Assembly (NCBI GenBank): GCA_963841915.1
Contig: CAWJEN010000003.1
Span: 209,024 to 273,023 of the forward strand
Length of the DNA: 64,000 nt
Source of the DNA: an uncultured Planctomycetota bacterium
Lineage (GTDB): Bacteria; Planctomycetota; Phycisphaerae; Tepidisphaerales; Tepidisphaeraceae
Direction: 5' to 3'
Below the pieces are notes generated by a model. The model made no database searches. It saw nothing but the letters and a program-made list of their open reading frames with translations, and had not been told where the DNA came from. The position numbers were made by a program, and so were the translations under genes. Below are positions 58,501-64,000 of the stretch, in pieces. The first letter of the stretch is position 1; each line of letters opens with the position of its first letter.

Positions 58501-59591
58501 GGCGACGCTGTTTCGGGCTCATCGTCGGCCGCCAGGCTGAGCGGCTCCTCTTCTTGAGCTACCTCAACCGCCGGCTCGGCCTCCTCGACGGGTGGCGGGC
58601 TCTCGACAACCTCGACCGACGATTCCTCGTCCTGCGTCGGTTGCTCGTCAAGCTCTTCAGCTTCCTGCTCCGTCTCAGCCGATGTCTCAGGCTCTGTCGC
58701 ATCCTCAGCCGGCGGGGCAAACTCGACGTCATCGTCCTCTTGGAGAACCTCTGAAGCCGCCTCGACGTCTGCGTGCTCGGCTGACGCTTCGGGTTCAACC
58801 GTCGGCTGCTCGACCTCTTCGATAACGTCATCAACGACAGGCGGCTCGCCCTGTAGATCGGCCACGGCTGGCACCTCCGCCTCGACAGCAGGCGGTGTCT
58901 CGACGACAGCCGGAGCTTCGGCGACGCGTAGCGACAGGGTGTGGCTGCCCACCTGCAGCTTGTCCCTGGGCTGCAGGACGTTGCGGATGAGCGGTCGTCC
59001 GTTGTGAGTCGTGCCTCTGCCACCAAGGTCGTACGCAGCCCAGCCGGTGCCGCCGACACCGTCGAGGCGGACGAGAGCCAGGTGTGCAGCCGACACGAGC
59101 GAGTCCTTCAGCGAGACATCAGCCGTCTCGCGTCGACCAACGAGGACGCACCGCTCTCCTGCCGGGAACTTGTACTGCCGCCCGAGGCCGTCCTTCGTCA
59201 CGAGCAGCGCGACCGGCCGCGTCGTGGGCTTGTCGACCTCCATTGGCCGCGGGTCGATCAGCTTGAAGCGGAACCGCCCGACCTGCATCTCGTCGCCGTC
59301 GACCATCGTCTGCTCACGGACGCTCTGGTCGTTGACGGTGGTACCTGTGGTGGAGGCAAGGTCACGGACATAGACGCCGCCTCTGATGAGGACGAGCAGG
59401 CAGTGTGCCTTGCTGACCGTCGAGCTCGGCAGGTGCAGCATGGCCGACCGCCGCGAGCCGACCATGACGGCCGGCTTGTCGAGCTTGACCTTCGCACCGC
59501 CACCCTCGGGTGTGCCGGGCTTGAGCGGGGCGAGTAATTGCAGCACGGGGACATGTCCCGGAGCTTGAGGTTGTACGGCGTCGTGAGGCAT
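55578..59591 (-). CDS. Large protein: 2 FHA domains, ~700-aa acidic/Pro-rich region, TM, coiled coil, TM
   Basis: VSKAHC..DLASTTGTTVN and VGRRE..VSAAH FHA motifs; Glu/Ala/Pro/Val-rich middle; two hydrophobic helices flanking heptad repeats. Confidence 0.8.
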   Translation of the reverse strand: MPHDAVQPQAPGHVPVLQLLAPLKPGTPEGGGAKVKLDKPAVMVGSRRSAMLHLPSSTVSKAHCLLVLIRGGVYVRDLASTTGTTVNDQSVREQTMVDGDEMQVGRFRFKLIDPRPMEVDKPTTRPVALLVTKDGLGRQYKFPAGERCVLVGRRETADVSLKDSLVSAAHLALVRLDGVGGTGWAAYDLGGRGTTHNGRPLIRNVLQPRDKLQVGSHTLSLRVAEAPAVVETPPAVEAEVPAVADLQGEPPVVDDVIEEVEQPTVEPEASAEHADVEAASEVLQEDDDVEFAPPAEDATEPETSAETEQEAEELDEQPTQDEESSVEVVESPPPVEEAEPAVEVAQEEEPLSLAADDEPETASPLEDIVKAAAEVEQVQDAEEENDVLIEAVVEDEVEEVDKPSEVVEDTSVAILEVEPPALPDQADDELLELASDVGEAVGTDEDSAEPEQALEAVEESLEPAAEEDEPVELVDEPVVLVAEPEPIEGPIAFEDAPDEIEEEPPTLDLSDLDFVEPASDQEEIADSVSGTPESSVAPKPAVERAPSAVEAESAPRRSKGNRRRRPDQPVPASVKLPAAVVPGDETLESLHTAPAEPTVSEPALETETVADAPLPIAAETPRVTEPQTPVVPPTHWQADWEAGRAGRVAAHFGSFGKAPPLAEAPPPLVNTSPPAEEELPVEELAPADAPAAVQSEMSLDASPVEPVEAAPDEAANEQPVDAFFSPTPEIIDELDIAPDARPTIVPDRPARVGFTASGAGAIDLDEIESAVTGPFSSVSFLEQDATARQDSAIGSDVLDPSFVIPETSGLTGFVASPVEAAPPIDVEPPEPEAEVDVTAEPAAVAVEPLVTVEEAGGFLRTVREGVAAPATDADARDEAAPSDFDFTSYQAQANGKADASVSRPAPRRRPSTPPRPQMRSAEDLSLNTPKGGFWSRMSRGSRAAAVLAMMLVAMAVTVVAIQRLSAPLSTVKLVLPIETPANLPASSLAREQGALVTRASDGDIRREAVSILQRRTPGFEPGWLLSFDIDDVYPDVQDNALVLSRDSTDPAAARLRLHALGMAIAAADSDKRAEATQLDERSRARADELGRKQAEVAQVEADLAELRSQQRQQSADVIAGDPVMLRTQIRETETERGSMEAKAARARADVAALQDVSDDAGPDGRPDEVLLALRARVEQREDELSPSVEAELQRQIELREAELEGERQRAMQDLRRASASALAGAERLGRRADDLRLQLATVEDRLAADLRLRSDIARLVERRDALDARTTELKSQATVDQVVRSSLVYALPPTASSIEVQTAEDKRMERTLYALLGIFAIGLLCLYLVLRRPSTLA

Positions 59592-59731
59592 CGGCGGTCA
59601 GGCGTGGCCGGGAGCGGCCGGTGGTGTTCAGGCGAACACCTGTCGATCATAACGGTCAGGCAGACTATCGCATCGACCCTTACGCCCGCTCGCGACGTTC
59701 GGACGCATTATCGGCCGCCGTAACATGTTGC

Positions 59732-61072
59732 GTGACTGCTGAAGTAGCCCGAGAACGCGAATTTCTCGCTTGGATCGTCGAACGCGTGCCCAAAGCAGGT
59801 GATGACCTGGCGGTGCTCGAGCCTGTCGCAGGGCAGATACTGGCAGGCATCGACCCGACGCTCGACGGTGTGCACCTTCGCCTCGACGAGTGCGGCGGGC
59901 TGGCGGCAGGACGAAAGGCTGCGAACCGAAACCTCAGCGACGTCGCGGCCATGGGTGGCATGCCGAAGGCGTTGCTCGTCTCGCTCGTCCTGTCCCGCGC
60001 CACCTCCAGACGGATCGCCCAGGACATCATCATCGGCATCGAATGCGCGGCCGAGGCGGCCGGCTGCAACATCGTCGGTGGTGACTTTGCGATGTGGGAC
60101 GGGCCGACGGCAATCACCGTGGCAGTACTCGGCGAGGCCCGTCACCCGGTGCCGCGGCATGGGGCGAAGCCGGGGCAAAAACTCTTCGTGACGGGCCGAC
60201 TCGGCGGGTCGATTCTCGGGCGACATCTCACGTTCACCCCTCGTCTGGCCGAGGGTCAGGCTGCGGCGGCACAAGGCGTTTCGGCGATGATGGACATCAG
60301 CGACGGGCTGTCGACCGACTTGCCACGACTGCTCGGGCGGTTTGGGGCGTTGCTGACCGACGTTCCCATACATGTTGACGCGAAGTTGCTGGCCGACCAG
60401 GACGGTCATTTGCCGTTGTGGCATGCGTTGCACGATGGCGAGGACTACGAGCTGCTGTTGGCGGCCGACGCGATGCCGCAGGACCTTTGGTGTCACGAGA
60501 TCGGCGTGGTGACCGACGAGCCGGCCATCTGGCTCGACATCGATGGCAGTCCCGTTACACTGGAGTCACTCGGCTTTGAGCACGGCGGAGAAGCGGCCGG
60601 AATAGATGCCAAGGGTCGCGGTTCTATTTTGGTTCAAGCTGACCCGCGGCGTTGGGAAGTCACATCCGTCGAGGCGACGATGCAGGTCGCACAAGAGGTC
60701 GCAACACAGCTTGCCGAAGGAGGCATCGTGACGCTGTCAGGCGATTTGGGCGCGGGCAAGACACACTTTGTCCGCGGCCTCGTGTCGGCTTTGGGTGGTG
60801 ACGCACGTGACGTCAGCTCACCCACCTACGTGCTGCTGCAGTCGTATGCGATCGGCGGCGGACGAACGTTGCACCACCTCGACGCCTACCGGGTCGGCGG
60901 GGCAGGCGACTTCGACGAAATCGGCTTCGACGAGCTGCTTGAAGACGCTGCCGCCGGAGATGTTGTGGCAATCGAGTGGCCGGAGCGGGTCGAAGAGGCG
61001 TTGCCGGTGAAGGCGTTATGCATCCAAATCGAGCACGCCGGAGAGTCGGTGCGACGGATCACGTTGCGGTAA
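59732..61072 (+). CDS. thiL-tsaE: Thiamine-monophosphate kinase (ThiL) in one reading frame with tRNA t6A ATPase TsaE
   Basis: ThiL: GDDLAV, NLSDVAAMGG, IVGGD, MDISDGL, GEDYELL, GFEH. TsaE: GDLGAGKT, SSPTYVL, HLDAYR, IEWPE. Confidence 0.88.
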   Translation: MTAEVAREREFLAWIVERVPKAGDDLAVLEPVAGQILAGIDPTLDGVHLRLDECGGLAAGRKAANRNLSDVAAMGGMPKALLVSLVLSRATSRRIAQDIIIGIECAAEAAGCNIVGGDFAMWDGPTAITVAVLGEARHPVPRHGAKPGQKLFVTGRLGGSILGRHLTFTPRLAEGQAAAAQGVSAMMDISDGLSTDLPRLLGRFGALLTDVPIHVDAKLLADQDGHLPLWHALHDGEDYELLLAADAMPQDLWCHEIGVVTDEPAIWLDIDGSPVTLESLGFEHGGEAAGIDAKGRGSILVQADPRRWEVTSVEATMQVAQEVATQLAEGGIVTLSGDLGAGKTHFVRGLVSALGGDARDVSSPTYVLLQSYAIGGGRTLHHLDAYRVGGAGDFDEIGFDELLEDAAAGDVVAIEWPERVEEALPVKALCIQIEHAGESVRRITLR

Positions 61073-61140
61073 AGGCGTAACTACTTTGCTGAACGCAGAC
61101 AGCAACACGCGGTGCCGCAGTTCTTTCAGAAGCATCTGGG

Positions 61141-61986
61141 TCAACGGGGTTGTGAAGTGGCCAACCCGCCTAGTGCCGCCCGATACTCGGCCTCGCGGAC
61201 CTTGGGTAGCTGCACCTCGGGGTGCTCGTCTTTGCGGCACAGGTAAATCTCGTCGCCGGGTTGTGACTCGATCTTGAAACCGGCCGACCGCAGCATGGCA
61301 GCGACGCCTGCCGGGTCGGCGGCCCACCAGTTCGTCGGGTCGTGATTGAAGCCGTGCTCGAAGAACGCCATCCGAGGCCAACCCGGCTCAGCGAGACGCT
61401 GACGGTCTTGGAACTCGAGAAACCGCGTTTTGTCCTCATGGAGCGGCTCTTCGCCCGGCGCTTGCAGCGTCTGGAACACCATCGTTCCACCCGGCGCGAG
61501 GCATCGGCTTACCACATCCAACCCGAGCAGTGGGTACCGCAGGTGGTAGAAGACGCCCATGAAGATGATGACGTCGAACAGCTCACCTTGGTCGGCGTCG
61601 GCGGCAAGGCTGTAAATCTGCCTGTTCTGGAACGTTACCTTGTCTTGGAGATCCAGGCACTCTGCTGCAAAGCGGGCTTGGCCGAGGTAGTGGTCGTTGA
61701 GGTCGATGCCGAGCACGTCGCCACCACGCTTGGCGAGTTCGAAGGCGTAGAAGCCGGCGTTCGTGCCAATGTCGAGGCACCGGTTGCCCACGAGGTCGCT
61801 CGGCAAGTGCGGGGCGATCTCGTCCCATTTGAACTGCGGAAAGTCGCCAAACGGGCCGTCGGGACGAGTTTGAACAATATTTCCCTGGCCGTCTGGCAGC
61901 TTGAGGTTGTGGAACCACGGCTCGAGCTTTGCCACGCGGGCGGCGACATCGACGGGGTGAGCGGTGGCAGGTGCGGTGGCAGACAC
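61141..61986 (-). CDS. SAM-dependent methyltransferase (TIGR04290/CmoB-like)
   Basis: PWFHNL, GDFP.FKW, LDIGTNAGFY, FD.I.FMGVFYHLRYP, DPTNWW. Confidence 0.82.
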   Translation of the reverse strand: MSATAPATAHPVDVAARVAKLEPWFHNLKLPDGQGNIVQTRPDGPFGDFPQFKWDEIAPHLPSDLVGNRCLDIGTNAGFYAFELAKRGGDVLGIDLNDHYLGQARFAAECLDLQDKVTFQNRQIYSLAADADQGELFDVIIFMGVFYHLRYPLLGLDVVSRCLAPGGTMVFQTLQAPGEEPLHEDKTRFLEFQDRQRLAEPGWPRMAFFEHGFNHDPTNWWAADPAGVAAMLRSAGFKIESQPGDEIYLCRKDEHPEVQLPKVREAEYRAALGGLATSQPR

Positions 61987-62054
61987 GTCCAGCAGTATTC
62001 GGCAGCAGGGGCCGATGAACAAGCCCTGCGGACTTCCGAGTAAGATGCGGGCTC

Positions 62055-63458
62055 ATGTCTGTCACGCTGCCCGTTGCCGAAGGTCTCGCCACGCCTCTGA
62101 GGCAAACGCCTGTCCAAACGGTTCACACCGCGTCGCGGCCGTTTCACATCATGACCAAGCCGATCGGCCCGATCTGCAACTTGGACTGCAAATACTGCTT
62201 CTATCTGGAGAAAGAGGCACTTTACAACGGCGAACGGAAGTGGCAGATGCCCGACGCTGTGCTCGAGCAGTACATCCAGCAGTACATCGGCAGCCAGCCG
62301 CAGTCTGAGGTCTCATTCGCCTGGCAAGGCGGCGAGCCGACGCTGCTGGGGGTCCGCTTCTTCCGCAAGGTCATCGACTTACAAAAGAAGCACGGCGACG
62401 GCAGGACGATCACCAACGCCTTCCAGACGAACGGCACGCTGCTCGACGACGAATGGTGCGAGTTCTTCAAGGAGAACGGCTTCCTCATCGGGCTCAGCGT
62501 CGACGGCCCCCCCGACCTGCACGACAGCTATCGCGTCGACAAGCAGGGGCAGCCGACAAGCCACAACGTGTTGCGTGGCCTGGAGTTCCTGAAGAAGCAC
62601 GAGGTCGACTTTAACACGCTGACGGTCGTCAACCGCAAGAACAGCCAGCATCCGCTGCGTACCTACCGCTACCTCCGCGACATTGGCAGCGGGTTCATTC
62701 AGTTCATTCCGCTCGTCGAGCGCGACGCGACGGACGACGCGCCGTTCAAGGACGAAGGGCTGTGGCTGCAGGGCCCGCCTGATGTCGAGGCAGGCGAGCG
62801 GTACATGGCACCCGTGTCCGACTGGAGCGTCCGCAGCCGAGACTACGGGACGTTCCTTGGCACGATCTTCGACGAGTGGGTCCGCCAGGACGTCGGCAAG
62901 ACGTTTGTACAGACGTTCGACGTCGCCCTTGGGAACTGGCTCCAACAAGCAACCGGCAAGCGTCAGGCGAGCTTGTGCGTCTTCAGCGAAACCTGCGGCA
63001 GCGCCCTGGCCGTCGAGCACAACGGCGACGTCTACTCGTGCGACCACTACGTGTACCCCAAGTACAAGCTGGGTAACGTCATGGAGACGCCTCTATCGGA
63101 GCTCGTCGAGTCGCCGTTTCAGAAGCGATTTGGCCTCGACAAGCGAGACGCGCTACCGCGGCAGTGTCTGGAGTGTGAGGTTCGCCACGCCTGTCACGGC
63201 GAGTGCCCGAAGCACCGCTTCATGAAGACGCAGGACGGTCAGGACGGGCTTAACTACCTCTGCGGCGGGTACAGGCCCTTCTTCAATCACATCGATCCGC
63301 ACATGCGGATGATGGTCGACCTGCTCATGCGTCGTCAGCCACCGGCGATGATCATGGAGATCGTTGCCGAGCACGACAAGAAGGGCGGCCCGCTGGGCAA
63401 GACGTGGCCGCAGGACAGGCCGGCTAAGGCCAAAGGGCGTCGCGTTGTGCGGCGATAG
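62055..63458 (+). CDS. Anaerobic sulfatase-maturating radical SAM/SPASM enzyme (anSME, AslB/ChuR family)
   Basis: KPIGPICNLDCKYCFYL, WQGGEP, QTNG, QFIP.VE, SPASM cysteines (CVFSETCG, YSCDH, C..C....C.G.CPK, YLC). Confidence 0.93.
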   Translation: MSVTLPVAEGLATPLRQTPVQTVHTASRPFHIMTKPIGPICNLDCKYCFYLEKEALYNGERKWQMPDAVLEQYIQQYIGSQPQSEVSFAWQGGEPTLLGVRFFRKVIDLQKKHGDGRTITNAFQTNGTLLDDEWCEFFKENGFLIGLSVDGPPDLHDSYRVDKQGQPTSHNVLRGLEFLKKHEVDFNTLTVVNRKNSQHPLRTYRYLRDIGSGFIQFIPLVERDATDDAPFKDEGLWLQGPPDVEAGERYMAPVSDWSVRSRDYGTFLGTIFDEWVRQDVGKTFVQTFDVALGNWLQQATGKRQASLCVFSETCGSALAVEHNGDVYSCDHYVYPKYKLGNVMETPLSELVESPFQKRFGLDKRDALPRQCLECEVRHACHGECPKHRFMKTQDGQDGLNYLCGGYRPFFNHIDPHMRMMVDLLMRRQPPAMIMEIVAEHDKKGGPLGKTWPQDRPAKAKGRRVVRR

Positions 63459-63545
63459 CTATCGGACCTGCCGTGGCATGACAGTCTTGGCGAAGCTGGG
63501 CCGATGAATCGGGTGACGACGATCGAGCCGTCGACGCCTTTGCCC

Positions 63546-64000
63546 ATGAGCCAGACGATGCAACCCGAATCCACGCCCGCCGCCTCCGTAAGTCGTGGGG
63601 CAGCAGATCCTTATCTACGGACGCGGGTCATGACGGCCAGCCCCGCCGAGCTGCAGATGATGATGTACGACGGAGCCATCCGGTTTGCCGAGCAAGGCAA
63701 AACTGCTTTGCACGAGAAGACTTACGACCGCAGCTACGAGAAGCTGACAAAGGCTCAGCTTATCGTCAATGAGCTCCAGGCAAGCTTGCGGCCTGAGCAG
63801 GACCCCGAAACGTGTCGGCGGCTCAAAGCACTGTACACCTTTATCTACCTGCGGCTTGTCGACGCCAACATCGAGCACGAGGTTTCGGCCGTCGATGATG
63901 CGTTGCAAGTGCTTCGCTATCAACGGGAAACGTGGTCGCTGCTGATGAAGCAACAGGCCGCCGCGGGTGAATCGGCCGCACCGGCAGGGCGTCTGGAGCA
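63546..64000 (+). CDS. fliS: Flagellar export chaperone FliS; runs off the right window edge
   Basis: Missing from the ORF track. Translation gives YLRTRVMTASPAELQMMMYDGAIRF...KAQLIVNELQASL...LKALYTFIYLRLVDANI...RETW. Confidence 0.92.
   Translation, partial: MSQTMQPESTPAASVSRGAADPYLRTRVMTASPAELQMMMYDGAIRFAEQGKTALHEKTYDRSYEKLTKAQLIVNELQASLRPEQDPETCRRLKALYTFIYLRLVDANIEHEVSAVDDALQVLRYQRETWSLLMKQQAAAGESAAPAGRLE

Noticed and set aside
61141..63458. Divergent methyltransferase plus radical SAM/SPASM as a RiPP cluster
   Set aside because: The rSAM has canonical sulfatase-maturase motifs; no precursor peptide, RRE or transporter is nearby.
1..64000. CRISPR arrays, tRNA/rRNA genes, transposases, integrases, phage genes
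   Set aside because: None seen; intergenic gaps are short and I saw no regularly spaced repeats. This was a by-eye scan, so tRNAscan, Infernal and a CRISPR finder should confirm.

Overview
A 64-kb, high-GC (roughly 65% by eye), gene-dense piece of core chromosome with about 57 CDSs. I found no rRNA, tRNA, CRISPR, prophage or IS element. The gene content points to Planctomycetota, probably class Phycisphaerae (inference): two LE-x-R-x-LL 'planctomycete extracellular' proteins, a prepilin-type/H-x9-DG protein, a long ACP next to FabZ, a vWA/GATase membrane protein, futalosine-pathway MqnA, RodA and FliS. Housekeeping and metabolic genes include prfB (programmed +1 frameshift), rplU, serA, thyX, gdhA, xylA, scpA, floA-nfeD, astA and thiL-tsaE. 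Main observations: (1) about 27 genes have a TANNNT -10 hexamer only 5-9 nt before the start codon and no Shine-Dalgarno, the signature of pervasive leaderless mRNAs; the prfB frameshift site also lacks its usual internal SD. (2) Two parS palindromes (26312, 28277) suggest an origin-proximal position, and one covers the -10 element and start codon of a gene. (3) A UvrC N-terminal-half paralogue has lost nearly all GIY-YIG catalytic residues. (4) ThiL and TsaE share one reading frame. (5) There is a 1337-aa protein with two FHA domains, a long acidic disordered region and a Wzz-like membrane topology. Two genes carry single-base indels in G runs, probably assembly errors. All functional calls come from motif recognition by eye, with no database searches.
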